Origin: Fidelibacterota bacterium
GTDB lineage: Bacteria > Fidelibacterota > Marinisomatia > Marinisomatales > Marinisomataceae
Assembly: GCA_018672235.1 (NCBI GenBank)
Contig: JABHGE010000003.1
Location: 1 to 64,000 of the forward strand
Direction: 5' to 3'
DNA length: 64,000 nt
Position 1 is the first letter of the stretch. Each line of letters begins with the position of its first letter. Below, piece after piece: positions 48,843 through 59,349 of this stretch. Made by a program: the position numbers and the translations under genes. The notes beneath the pieces were generated by a model that was not told the DNA's origin, searched no databases, and saw only the letters and a list, made by a program, of their open reading frames with translations.

Positions 48843-50849
48843 TCAGCTAACAAAGCTTTCTAGTTGATCTTCATTTATAATTTTTATATTCAATGCTCTA
48901 GCTTTTTCTAGCTTTGATCCTGCATTATTTCCTATAATCAAAAAACTTGTTTTAGAAGAGACAGTATTTGTCACTCTACCGCCTTTTTTCTCTAAAAGCT
49001 CTTTGACTTCGGTGCGATTATATTCTTTAAAACTACCAGTAATAACAAATATCATGTCTTTAAATTGACTAGAATTTTTAAATATAGTTTTTTCAATTGT
49101 TACGCCATTAATCAGGCAATTATTTAAAGTTTTTCTATTCGAAGGGCTATTAAAAAATTCTATAATTGATTGAGCTACGACTAGACCAATACCATCAATA
49201 CTTTCTAACTCTTCAATCGAAAGTATAGATAATTTTTCAACAGAAGACTGACAATATTTATCTAGTATTTTGGAAATGTGTTGTCCAACGTTAGATATAC
49301 CAAGTGCAAATATAAATCTTGGGAACGTAGCGTATTTAGCATTGTTGATAGCATTAATTAAGTTATTTGCAGACTTATCTTGAAATCTATCAAGCATAAC
49401 AAGGTCAGAGTATGATAAAGTAAATAGATCGTCTATCTTTTTAACAAGATTGCTATCTATTAATTGTTCTACAATTTGAATTCCTAACCCATCAATGTTC
49501 ATAGCATTTTTTGAACAGAAATGTTCTATTGCTCCCCGTACTTTAGCTTTACAATTGGGATTATCACATCTGTATGCAGCTTCGCCTTGTAAGCGCGTAA
49601 TAACAGAATGGCATGAAGGACAATTATAGTTCGATATATCAAACCTTATTGCATTCTTAGGTCTTTTTTCTACTATAATATTAGAAATTTTTGGAATAAC
49701 ATCTCCAGCCCTTTGTACTAGTGCATAGTCATTAATGCGGATATCTTTTTTATCAATCTCATCCTGATTGTGTAAAGTAGCACTACTAATTATTGCTCCA
49801 GAGATCTCCACTTCTTTAATCTTTGCTACGGGAGTAATCACTCCTGTACGTCCTACTTGAAGTGTAATATCTAATATCTGTGTTTCTGCGTCTTTTGATT
49901 TGAATTTTGCAGCAATTGCCCATCTTGGAGATCGAGCCCTTTGTCCTAAATCAGATCTTAATAAATAATCATCGACCTTAATAACAGACCCATCAATTTC
50001 ATACCCAATATTCTCTCTCTGACTTTCTAGGGTTTGGTGATAACGAACCATCTTCTCAATATTGTCAATCTTTTCTGCTAAAGGATTAACGGGTAGTCCT
50101 ATATATCGTAAATACGATAACATATCCCAATGACTATTAATATCTAGGCCTTTACTTGAGCCAATTTCATAGCAAAATATAGATAATTTTCTTTTTGCGG
50201 TAATATGTGGGTCTAACTGCCTAACGCTTCCTGCAGCTGCATTTCTAGCATTTGCAAATAATTTTTCATCAGACTGCTCTCTTACTTGATTCAACTTCTT
50301 AAAATCAGATTTTAGCATAAAAATTTCACCTCTAATTTCAATAAACTCTGGGTAGTTATCTTTATTCCCCCTTAAAATCATAGGAATAGCATTAATTGTT
50401 TTAATATTGTGCGTAATATCTTCTCCAGAGTAACCATCTCCTCTGGTAAGAGCGCGTACTAAATGTCCGTTTTTATAGACTAGCGAAACTCCTAAACCGT
50501 CAATCTTTGGCTCTGCAACATAAGAGGTTCTGTCTTCGCTTAGCCACTTATTAATTCTTTTATTAAAATCATGAATCTCTTGTTCATTAATAGCATTAGA
50601 TAAGGACAGCATTGGGGTTTCGTGATTATGGCTCTGAAAGCCACTTTTTATGGGATGGCCAACTCTTTGAGTTGGAGACGAAATTTCTATTAATTCTGGA
50701 TGCTCTTTTTCAAGAGATTCTAATTGCCTAAATAATTGATCATATTCTGCATCACTTAAATGAGGTTCATCTAATACATAATATGCATAGTTGTGTTGAT
50801 TAATTTTATCAGTTAGATAATTTATTTTTTCTTTAGTCTTTGATTCCAT
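48843..50849 (-). CDS. ligA: NAD-dependent DNA ligase
   Basis: EPKIDG, TRGDG, RNAAAGS, Zn finger and BRCT domain. Confidence 0.98.
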   Translation of the reverse strand: MESKTKEKINYLTDKINQHNYAYYVLDEPHLSDAEYDQLFRQLESLEKEHPELIEISSPTQRVGHPIKSGFQSHNHETPMLSLSNAINEQEIHDFNKRINKWLSEDRTSYVAEPKIDGLGVSLVYKNGHLVRALTRGDGYSGEDITHNIKTINAIPMILRGNKDNYPEFIEIRGEIFMLKSDFKKLNQVREQSDEKLFANARNAAAGSVRQLDPHITAKRKLSIFCYEIGSSKGLDINSHWDMLSYLRYIGLPVNPLAEKIDNIEKMVRYHQTLESQRENIGYEIDGSVIKVDDYLLRSDLGQRARSPRWAIAAKFKSKDAETQILDITLQVGRTGVITPVAKIKEVEISGAIISSATLHNQDEIDKKDIRINDYALVQRAGDVIPKISNIIVEKRPKNAIRFDISNYNCPSCHSVITRLQGEAAYRCDNPNCKAKVRGAIEHFCSKNAMNIDGLGIQIVEQLIDSNLVKKIDDLFTLSYSDLVMLDRFQDKSANNLINAINNAKYATFPRFIFALGISNVGQHISKILDKYCQSSVEKLSILSIEELESIDGIGLVVAQSIIEFFNSPSNRKTLNNCLINGVTIEKTIFKNSSQFKDMIFVITGSFKEYNRTEVKELLEKKGGRVTNTVSSKTSFLIIGNNAGSKLEKARALNIKIINEDQLESFVS

Positions 50850-51793
50850 AATATCCCTAAAAATCCAACCATACTTATCGCCAGTATTAGTTGTACTCTA
50901 AATTTATTGATTCTAATCGAATTAGCATACATTTTGAATTCATCTTTTGCAATGTCATCAAAATCAAACGACCACACTAAAACATCGTCTGAAATAGAAT
51001 TTGCGTTATTGCTGCGCACAACCCCAGGTAAATTAATATTGAATTGAAAGTAGTCGTTCATCAATGCCGTATCTCTTTTAAAGTCTTTTTCATATGCATC
51101 AATCAGTATGGTCATTTCTTTAAAAAAATTATTTGGTAAGGTGCTCGCAATAGGTTTTAAAGCATCTTTCAAAATGATTGAGGAATCTTTATCAAATTTT
51201 TCTATCAATCTTCGATCTATAGCATATTCGAAATATGAATTGATTTGGTTGTTAATTTTTTCTGTAAAAATAGTGTTGAGATTAACCTTATTGTCATATT
51301 CTTCTAAACTAGTTTTTATAATATACTGTTTGGCTGGAGCAATCCAAGACAAAGAGTCAGCTTCTATATCTAAAAATTGAACAATAGAAGGATACTTGTC
51401 ATCAATGGCTAGGCTATTAATGTTGGCAGTAAATCTATATCTCTCCCAAAAAAAATAACCACTCCTATTAACATCAATGTCATAAACTAGGCTTTCGTTA
51501 TTAGTAAAACTTATTTTCCCGCTTATAGGCTCAGTAATAATAGTTTCTTTTTCCCAATTCAAACTATCTGGCAAAAAATCATTTTCTATGTTTCGAGTAA
51601 TAATTTTACTAGACCATTTGATTCCATTTATATTTTCTGGATGTAAAAAATCGCGGTCTTCTAAGTCTTCTTTATTCCCAATAGAATTATATTTAATAGA
51701 ATATTCTCCAGTTGGCAAAACAGCTATATGTATTAAATTTTCAACACATGCTGTTAGTAGCATACATCCTGCTATTAAGAATACTCTTTTCAT
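50822..51793 (-). CDS. Hypothetical lipoprotein with C-terminal membrane anchor
   Basis: Lipobox LTAC; LPG...NA..LVW motif; terminal TM segment; within an operon. Confidence 0.75.
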   Translation of the reverse strand: MKRVFLIAGCMLLTACVENLIHIAVLPTGEYSIKYNSIGNKEDLEDRDFLHPENINGIKWSSKIITRNIENDFLPDSLNWEKETIITEPISGKISFTNNESLVYDIDVNRSGYFFWERYRFTANINSLAIDDKYPSIVQFLDIEADSLSWIAPAKQYIIKTSLEEYDNKVNLNTIFTEKINNQINSYFEYAIDRRLIEKFDKDSSIILKDALKPIASTLPNNFFKEMTILIDAYEKDFKRDTALMNDYFQFNINLPGVVRSNNANSISDDVLVWSFDFDDIAKDEFKMYANSIRINKFRVQLILAISMVGFLGILWNQRLKKK

Positions 51794-51796
51794 GTT

Positions 51797-52885
51797 TTAT
51801 GAAATTACTGTGAAATCTTTAGATGTTTTATTCAAGACGATACAACCATCCTCTGTAACAATAATATCATCTTCAATACGTACGCCGCCTATATCTTCAA
51901 TATATATTCCAGGCTCTACTGTCATAACATAGTTCGATTTCAAATAGTCTGTACTGACTTTGCTAAATCGAGGATCTTCATGTATTTCTAAGCCTAGTGA
52001 ATGTCCTAATCCATGATCAAAATACTTTCCATATCCAGCGCCACTAATATGTTCTCTTGCAAGCGTATCAACTTCTTTGCATGAAACTCCTGCTTTAATT
52101 CCTTGAATACTTTTTAACTGCGCTTCTAATACAATATGATAAATTTCTTTTTGTTTTTCTGAGTAGCCTTTTGTAGCAACTGTGCGGGTCATATCTGCAT
52201 GATATCCTGCATATTTTGCTCCAGAATCAATCACCACCAACTCTCCTGGACCAATTTTTTTATTCGTTGGTCTTTGATGGGGCATGGCTGAATGGGGTCC
52301 ACTTCCAACAATAGGTGAAAATGCATCTGCATCGGAATCTCCATACTTGCGATAAAGGAAAGATAGTTGATTCCCAATTTCTTGTTCTTCTACACCAATT
52401 TTTATCATTGGGAATACCTCAGCAAAAGCTTTATCAGTAATTTCTACCGCTGTTTTAATTGCTTCAATTTCTTTAGGATCTTTTTCCATTGCTAATCTTT
52501 CTATGCAGCCCACAATATTTTTCCATTTTACGTGTGATAATGTATCGCTAATCTCTGAAAACATTTGGTGAGAAACATTCTTACCATCAAAGGCAATGGT
52601 AACATCTTTTGATAAGAAGTTTTTATTCTTGATTACCTGTAAGTGAGGAATACTGTCGATAGTAATATTAGCACCTCTCACTTCATTTTTAGATTGAACA
52701 ACATATCTACCATCTGTAACAAACTCGCAGCTATCAGGGCCCATCAGCAAAGAGCCGCTAGATCCAGTAAATCCACAAAGATATCTTATGTGAATAAGAT
52801 TAGTGATTAACATGCCATCTACTTGTTGCTCTCCTAAAGCTGTACGTAATTTTTCTTGTCTTCTTGTAAAATATTCTGTGCTCAT
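51797..52885 (-). CDS. Xaa-Pro aminopeptidase (M24 family)
   Basis: YLCGFTGS, DMTRT, HGLGH, TVEPGIY and GVRIEDD motifs. Confidence 0.95.
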   Translation of the reverse strand: MSTEYFTRRQEKLRTALGEQQVDGMLITNLIHIRYLCGFTGSSGSLLMGPDSCEFVTDGRYVVQSKNEVRGANITIDSIPHLQVIKNKNFLSKDVTIAFDGKNVSHQMFSEISDTLSHVKWKNIVGCIERLAMEKDPKEIEAIKTAVEITDKAFAEVFPMIKIGVEEQEIGNQLSFLYRKYGDSDADAFSPIVGSGPHSAMPHQRPTNKKIGPGELVVIDSGAKYAGYHADMTRTVATKGYSEKQKEIYHIVLEAQLKSIQGIKAGVSCKEVDTLAREHISGAGYGKYFDHGLGHSLGLEIHEDPRFSKVSTDYLKSNYVMTVEPGIYIEDIGGVRIEDDIIVTEDGCIVLNKTSKDFTVIS

Positions 52886-53310
52886 TTTTGATCCTTTTTT
52901 GTATTAAGAGTCTGTAATAATTTTTCAGCTTCTACGATTTGTTTTTTTATTTTTGAATGTTTAATAATTGCATCCAAACTTTTTTTGGCTTGTGATTTTT
53001 TACCTTGCTGTAACATTAGTTTGATATAAGAAATAGTAACAATACTGGTATCTTTTATAATTTTTTTAGGTTTAGGTGTCGGCCTGTAATCAAGGGATAT
53101 ATTTGGATTTAATCTTTTAAGCTCCGTTACAATACTTTTTAATAATGGCGAATTTGACTTATTAAGAATTTCAAATAATAGAAGATAAGAAGCATAGTGG
53201 TTCACATCATGTTCAACTACGGATATAAGATATTTTTTTGCTTCTAAAAAATTTTTATTATTAAAAGCTTTTTCGCCCTTAGAATAGGTCCTATGAATGC
53301 TAGAGATCAT
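52882..53310 (-). CDS. Hypothetical TPR-like protein
   Basis: Helical repeat character; ATG 53310 forms an ATGA overlap with the upstream stop. Confidence 0.7.
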   Translation of the reverse strand: MISSIHRTYSKGEKAFNNKNFLEAKKYLISVVEHDVNHYASYLLLFEILNKSNSPLLKSIVTELKRLNPNISLDYRPTPKPKKIIKDTSIVTISYIKLMLQQGKKSQAKKSLDAIIKHSKIKKQIVEAEKLLQTLNTKKDQK

Positions 53311-53717
53311 CTTCTGTTCTCTTTCACCCATTCCTCAATATATTCGAGAGACATCTTAACTGGAGTACCAGGTCCAAATAGCTTTCCAACTCCTATCTTT
53401 GCAAGTTCCTTACTGTCTTCTTCTGGAATGATACCGCCGCCAGTTACTAAAACATTCTCTAATTTTAAATCTTTGATTAGTGTCATCACTTTGGTAAAAA
53501 TAGTCATATGCGCTCCCGACAGAATAGACAAGGCAATAACATCAGCTCCTTCTTGAATAGCCACCCTTACAATGCTGTCAGGAGTTTGACGAAGACCAAG
53601 ATAAATAACATCCATTCCTGCGTCGCGATAAGCGGCGGCAAGAACCTTGATACCTCTGTCATGTCCATCCAGACCAGGCTTTGCCATTAAAATTCTAATT
53701 GGTGGGTTTAAGCTCAT
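53307..53717 (-). CDS. Cobalamin-binding subunit of methylmalonyl-CoA mutase-type enzyme
   Basis: AKPGLDGHDRG (DxHxxG), LSILSGAH and GGIIP motifs. Confidence 0.95.
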   Translation of the reverse strand: MSLNPPIRILMAKPGLDGHDRGIKVLAAAYRDAGMDVIYLGLRQTPDSIVRVAIQEGADVIALSILSGAHMTIFTKVMTLIKDLKLENVLVTGGGIIPEEDSKELAKIGVGKLFGPGTPVKMSLEYIEEWVKENRR

Positions 53718-53729
53718 AATAGGTATAAT

Positions 53730-56700
53730 TTAACTAATCCAAACGTTTGATTCCCCTAATAAATCTCTCAACATAATTAGGAAATGATTGCTACTTGATA
53801 CTCTAATTTTTTTCGATATAATTCTGCGCGAAGATCCGTCTTGATTTTGCATATGGACAATAAATAAGCTTTGACCTTGATTGTCCATTGCATATTTATG
53901 TACCTCATCTACGGTATCTTTTGTCACTTTTTTGCCTATTTTTATATTAATCTCTTTTAGCTTCAATACTTTTTTTGCATGATTAATTGGCACCACTTCA
54001 TCTACGATAATTTTTAAATCAGAGAAATCGTTTTGTGATGTAGAGTTCCCTACTAAGAACACAATATTACCTTCACTAATAATTTCTTTATATTTTTCAA
54101 ATGCATCATGAAAAATTATTGACTCTACCTGTCCTCCCAAACAGTCCAAGTTAAAGAATGCCATTGGCTGATTTTTTTTATCATAGTGTAGTTTAAAGCT
54201 CGACACTGCTCCACCAATTCTAATCAGGCTATTTTCTTTTAAAAATTTTTTCTCAGTAAAATCATAATTACTTAATTCTTCTAATGTGTCAGCATATTTT
54301 AATAATGGATTCCCTGATACATAGAGTCCTAATACTTCTTTCTCTTTGCTTAGTTTTTCTTGGCTCTCCCAATCTTCTATATTTGGTAGATCGGGCTGCT
54401 TTACAAGGTCTTCTTCTTCAGAAAATAAATCAATTTGGTTTTTATTTGATGCTTTATCTACCTGTTGTCCATAGCTAATAGCAATATCTACAGCCTCAAA
54501 TAATTGGGCTCTATTCGGTGAAATCGAATCAAATGCACCAGCCAATATAAGACTCTCTAGCACTTTTTTATTAACTAAGCGTTGATCTATTTTTGTTACA
54601 AAATCAAAAATGGAAGTAAACTCTCCCTGGTCTTTTCTAACTTGTATAAATTGCTCTAATGCTTTAATTCCTACATTCTTAACAGCATTTAATCCAAAAG
54701 AAATTTCTGTATCATTTAGTGGAATGAAATTGATGTCAGATTTGTTGACGTTGGGAGCATTCACTTTAATATTTAATTTTCGACACTCATTTATTAGTAC
54801 TACAACTCTATTTGTGTTGGTCATTTCACTTGTTAGGTTAGCTGACATAAACTCTGCTGTATAATGTGTTTTGAGCCAGCCGGTCTGATAGGCAATATAA
54901 GAATATGCCACTGAATGACTTTTATTAAATCCGTATTGTGCAAACTTATCAATTAATTCAAAAATTTGTTTTGCTTTAGCTTTTGTTAGCCCGTTCTTCA
55001 CTGCTCCTGCAACAAATCTTTCGGCCATTTCATCCATCAAAGATCGAATTTTTTTACCAATAGCTCTTCTCATTTCATCTGCTTCTGAAAGTGTAAAGCC
55101 AGCAATAATATTTGCAATTTGCATCACTTGCTCTTGATAGACTATAATCCCATGCGTTTCTTTTAATGCTTCTTCTAGTAGGGGGTGAACATACTCTACT
55201 TTCTCTTCGCCATGAGCTCTCTTAATATAGCGATCAATGTTTTGCATTGGACCTGGCCTATATAGTGCATTCATCGCAACCAAACCTTCAATTTCTGTTG
55301 GTTTTAATTTTTTTAAAAATTCTCTCATTCCGGAAGATTCAAACTGGAATATTCCAACTGTTAAGCCTTTTGCAAACAGTTCATAGACTTTGGGATCATC
55401 CATGGGAATGGTATTAATATCAATTTCTTTATCAAATCTTGTCTTAATTAGTCCTAAAGCTTTATCAATAACTGTTAAGTTTCTTAGGCCTAAAAAATCC
55501 ATTTTTAGAAGACCTACTGATTCTAATTCTTTCATATCATACTGTGTTGTCGTATCGCCTTGAGAAGATTTATAAAGAGGAACAAAGTCTGTTAAATTTC
55601 CTGGAGCCACTACTACGCCTGCAGCGTGAATGGATGCATGTCTAGTCATTCCCTCTAAGACCTTAGCATTTTCTAACAATCCTTTATGAGAAGTTTGTGA
55701 TACTGTACGCAATTCAGAACTTTGCTTGAGGGCTTTATCTAATGTCATGTTTGGGCCTTCTGGAATCATTTTTGCAATACCGTCAACTTCAGAGTAAGGG
55801 TAGCTCATTACTCGCCCTACATCTCTAATTACTCCACGTGCATTCATTTTCCCAAATGTAATAATCTGCGTTACAGACTCTTCACCATATATACTTTTAA
55901 TATAATCAATAACCTGACCTCTACGTTCAACACAGAAATCAATATCAATATCTGGTAAGCTGATTCTATCAGGATTTAAGAAACGTTCAAAAATCAAATT
56001 ATGTTTTAAGGGATCGATATTTGTGATATCTAGACAATATGATACAAGACTACCTGGTGCAGACCCTCTACCTGGACCTACTGGAATTTTATTTTTTTTG
56101 GCGTATTGAACAAAATCTGCCGTAATTAAAAAGTAACTGGCAAATCCCATCTTCTTAATAACAGATAATTCATAAGTTAACCTGGTTTTCATTTCTTCTG
56201 TATAGTCACTAAATTTCTTTTTTATACCTTCTTCGCAGAGCAACTTCAAGTAAGCATCAACATCCTTTAAGTTAGATTCTTCTGGAATTTGATACCAAGG
56301 TAGATGATAGTCATCCATAGGAATATCTAAATCAATACTATCTGTAATTGCGCGTGTATTTTCTAAGGCTTCAGGAAATTCTTTAAATAAAGAAAACATC
56401 TCATCTTGGGATTTAAAATAAAATTCATTCCCAGGATATTTTAATCTTTTAGTATCGCTGAGCTGTTTTCCTGTACCAATACATATATGCACGTCATGTG
56501 CGGTATGATGTTCTTTTTTGGCATAATGCGCATCATTAGTTGCAACAATTGGTAGCCCCATATCTTTGGCTAGCTTTGAAGCTAATTGTATATTTTGTAT
56601 TTCTTCTGGGATGCCATGATTTTGCAATTCAATATAGTAGCGTCCCGGGAAAATACTTGAGTACTCTTCCGCCACAGCTTTTCCTCTTTCATATCCACTA

Positions 56701-57152
56701 TATAGAAGGGCCTCTGGCAAACTTCCTTTCAAACACGCAGACATACATATAATACCCTCATTATATTTCTTTAAAATTTCTAAATCTACTCTAGGCTTAT
56801 AATAAAATCCTTCAAGATAGCCGTGAGTAACAATTTTCATTAAGTTTTTGTAGCCTTTTAGATTTTGTGCAATTAATACGAGGTGATTATAATTTCCCAT
56901 ACCACCAGATTTGTCTCTTACTAGACTACTGCCTTTAGCTACATAGACTTCACAGCCAATAATAGGTTTGATATTATTTTTTTTTGCCTGCTTATAAAAA
57001 GAAATTGCACCAAATAAATTACCATGTTCCGTGAGTGCAACTGAATCCATGCTTAAGTCATCCATGGTTTCTAATATAGAAGTAACATTCTGTGCACCAT
57101 CTAATAAGCTATGGTCAGAATGATTGTGTAAGTGTATAAATTCGCTTTTCAT
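53730..57152 (-). CDS. dnaE: DNA polymerase III alpha subunit
   Basis: HLHNHS PHP domain; GPGRGSA, PDIDIDF and YGFNKSHS motifs. Confidence 0.98.
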   Translation of the reverse strand: MKSEFIHLHNHSDHSLLDGAQNVTSILETMDDLSMDSVALTEHGNLFGAISFYKQAKKNNIKPIIGCEVYVAKGSSLVRDKSGGMGNYNHLVLIAQNLKGYKNLMKIVTHGYLEGFYYKPRVDLEILKKYNEGIICMSACLKGSLPEALLYSGYERGKAVAEEYSSIFPGRYYIELQNHGIPEEIQNIQLASKLAKDMGLPIVATNDAHYAKKEHHTAHDVHICIGTGKQLSDTKRLKYPGNEFYFKSQDEMFSLFKEFPEALENTRAITDSIDLDIPMDDYHLPWYQIPEESNLKDVDAYLKLLCEEGIKKKFSDYTEEMKTRLTYELSVIKKMGFASYFLITADFVQYAKKNKIPVGPGRGSAPGSLVSYCLDITNIDPLKHNLIFERFLNPDRISLPDIDIDFCVERRGQVIDYIKSIYGEESVTQIITFGKMNARGVIRDVGRVMSYPYSEVDGIAKMIPEGPNMTLDKALKQSSELRTVSQTSHKGLLENAKVLEGMTRHASIHAAGVVVAPGNLTDFVPLYKSSQGDTTTQYDMKELESVGLLKMDFLGLRNLTVIDKALGLIKTRFDKEIDINTIPMDDPKVYELFAKGLTVGIFQFESSGMREFLKKLKPTEIEGLVAMNALYRPGPMQNIDRYIKRAHGEEKVEYVHPLLEEALKETHGIIVYQEQVMQIANIIAGFTLSEADEMRRAIGKKIRSLMDEMAERFVAGAVKNGLTKAKAKQIFELIDKFAQYGFNKSHSVAYSYIAYQTGWLKTHYTAEFMSANLTSEMTNTNRVVVLINECRKLNIKVNAPNVNKSDINFIPLNDTEISFGLNAVKNVGIKALEQFIQVRKDQGEFTSIFDFVTKIDQRLVNKKVLESLILAGAFDSISPNRAQLFEAVDIAISYGQQVDKASNKNQIDLFSEEEDLVKQPDLPNIEDWESQEKLSKEKEVLGLYVSGNPLLKYADTLEELSNYDFTEKKFLKENSLIRIGGAVSSFKLHYDKKNQPMAFFNLDCLGGQVESIIFHDAFEKYKEIISEGNIVFLVGNSTSQNDFSDLKIIVDEVVPINHAKKVLKLKEINIKIGKKVTKDTVDEVHKYAMDNQGQSLFIVHMQNQDGSSRRIISKKIRVSSSNHFLIMLRDLLGESNVWIS

Positions 57153-57154
57153 GA

Positions 57155-58006
57155 CTATTTAAAAAATACTTTAATTACTCTCTTATTTCCTTCTAAATCT
57201 TTAAAAAATATACTATCAATATTGCTATTATTATGAATCATATCAATGATTTGATTTGTAATTATAGATTTAGGTATCTCAAAATACATGGAACCTTCTT
57301 TCTCGATGAGGATCGATAGGTTATTAATGAAATATTTATAGAACTTAAGTCCATCTTCTTGGTCTGATAGAGCTTTTAATGGATCGTGGTTCTTTACAGA
57401 GGGATCTAACTGAGAAATCTCTTCAATACCAAGATAAGGAGGGTTGCTCACTATAATATCAAATTTTTTGATGGGCATTTCAAAAATATCCTGCTTGATA
57501 ATTTCTACATTGGGTATGTTTAAGTGTTGTGCATTTTTATTCGCAATATCAATTGCTTGATTTGATATATCTATACTTTTTACATCAAAATTTTTATACA
57601 AGCTGGCAATAGTGATTCCTATACATCCGCTACCACAACCAATGTCTAGTACTGTTTTTTTTTCAGTTGCACCAAAGTCATTCTGAATACAATCAATAAT
57701 TAATTCGGTTTCTGGTCTAGGGATAAAAACACCAGGAGGAGTAAAGAACTCGTGTTCATAAAAATAGGTCTTACCAATAATATGCTGTACCGGCACATCC
57801 TTTAATAGCAGCGAAAATGATTCCTTTAAATGCTCTAAATGCTGGTGTGGTATAAAATTATCATTAAGATATAAATCAGACTTTTCTATACCTAAAACAG
57901 ACTCAATAAGCATTTCTGATTTTTGCTTATACTCATCTATATTATTTTTTTTCAGATCCACTAACTGTTTATTAAAAAAATCAATTACTAGATAATTTGA
58001 ATGCAT
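57155..58006 (-). CDS. prmC: Release factor glutamine methyltransferase
   Basis: IPRPETE, LDIGCGSG and SNPPY motifs; follows prfA. Confidence 0.96.
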   Translation of the reverse strand: MHSNYLVIDFFNKQLVDLKKNNIDEYKQKSEMLIESVLGIEKSDLYLNDNFIPHQHLEHLKESFSLLLKDVPVQHIIGKTYFYEHEFFTPPGVFIPRPETELIIDCIQNDFGATEKKTVLDIGCGSGCIGITIASLYKNFDVKSIDISNQAIDIANKNAQHLNIPNVEIIKQDIFEMPIKKFDIIVSNPPYLGIEEISQLDPSVKNHDPLKALSDQEDGLKFYKYFINNLSILIEKEGSMYFEIPKSIITNQIIDMIHNNSNIDSIFFKDLEGNKRVIKVFFK

Positions 58007-58007
58007 A

Positions 58008-59066
58008 TTAATTAATCTTAGAATTATCCTCTGCGAGCTTTAGCTGCTCTATAATATGGTCTAAATCACCTTCCAGCGTCACTTGCAATTTGTGGGTGGT
58101 ATAATTTATTCTATGATCAGTAATACGTCCTTGTGGGAAATTATATGTTCTAATTTTTGCTGAACGATCTCCCGTAGATACTAAGCTTTTACGCATTTCA
58201 GCTCTATCTTTATTAAGTTTTTCTTCTTCTAGGGCAAATAATCTTGCTCTTAAAACCTTTAGCGCTGAAGCTTTGTTTTTATGTTGTGAGGCTTGATCTT
58301 GGCAAGTCACTACTAAGCCTGTTGGGATATGTGTAAGTCTAATAGCAGATTCAGTTTTATTAACATGCTGCCCGCCAGCTCCACTGGCACGATAGGTGTC
58401 AACCTTAATATCTGTTGCTTCATTAATGTCTAGCTCTGCCTTTTCTGCCTCTGGCAAAACTGCAACTGTAGCTGCTGAAGTATGTACGCGACCCCCAGAT
58501 TCTGTTTTTGGAATTCTTTGGACTCTATGAACACCTCCTTCATACTTATAAATACCGTAAGCCTTATTACCTTCTGCGCTAAAAATCACAGACTTTAATC
58601 CACCCACACCTGTTTCATGCATATCCATAACATTAATAGATAAATTATTTTTTTCCGCATACCTGGAATACATTCTGAATAAATCAGCTACAAATAATGC
58701 AGCCTCGTCTCCTCCAGTACCAGCCCTGACTTCAATAATAGCGCTTTTATTATCATTTGGATCGTCTGTGATTAATATTTTAATTAAAGCATCTTCAATT
58801 TTTTGTAACTGAGCGTTTAAAGTAACTTTTTCTTCTTTAATTAACTCTGCGTAATCTGGATCATCCTCTAAGCCCTCCAATTCTTTATGCTCTTTAGTAA
58901 GTGCAACAAATTGAATACTTAAATCGTATATTTCTTGTATAGCGCTTTTTTGTTTTGAAAGGGTGGCTAGTTTATCTTGATCTAAGACATTGGAAGGATT
59001 TATCATTTCTTCCATGATATTGTCATATTCTACAATAGTGCTGTTTACTTTAGATAAGATGTCCAT
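58008..59066 (-). CDS. prfA: Peptide chain release factor 1
   Basis: PKT (PxT) motif, GGQ, RTYNFPQ. Confidence 0.98.
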   Translation of the reverse strand: MDILSKVNSTIVEYDNIMEEMINPSNVLDQDKLATLSKQKSAIQEIYDLSIQFVALTKEHKELEGLEDDPDYAELIKEEKVTLNAQLQKIEDALIKILITDDPNDNKSAIIEVRAGTGGDEAALFVADLFRMYSRYAEKNNLSINVMDMHETGVGGLKSVIFSAEGNKAYGIYKYEGGVHRVQRIPKTESGGRVHTSAATVAVLPEAEKAELDINEATDIKVDTYRASGAGGQHVNKTESAIRLTHIPTGLVVTCQDQASQHKNKASALKVLRARLFALEEEKLNKDRAEMRKSLVSTGDRSAKIRTYNFPQGRITDHRINYTTHKLQVTLEGDLDHIIEQLKLAEDNSKIN

Positions 59067-59094
59067 AGGCTAAAAAGTTCTAAATAAAAAATGC

Positions 59095-59349
59095 TTAAGA
59101 AGCTTTTTTATTATACTTGCGGTTGAATTTTTCAATTCTTCCAGCAGTATCTACTAATGTACGTTGCCCTGTATAGTATGGATGTGACTTATCCGAGATA
59201 TCCAACTTGAATAATGGATATTCTTTTCCGTCTTCCCACTTAACAGTTTTATCTGTTTTGACAGTAGATCGAGTCAAGAAAGAATAGTTACATGAACTAT
59301 CTTCGAAGACAACCAATCTATATTCTTCTGAATGTGTATCTTTTTTCAT
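59095..59349 (-). CDS. rpmE2: 50S ribosomal protein L31, type B (no Zn motif)
   Basis: YRLVVFED, SHPYYTG and DTAGRIEKF motifs; 84 aa. Confidence 0.93.
   Translation of the reverse strand: MKKDTHSEEYRLVVFEDSSCNYSFLTRSTVKTDKTVKWEDGKEYPLFKLDISDKSHPYYTGQRTLVDTAGRIEKFNRKYNKKAS

Noticed and set aside
53730..57152. Intein or split in dnaE
   Set aside because: Length (1140 aa) and motif order are ordinary, with no large insertion evident.
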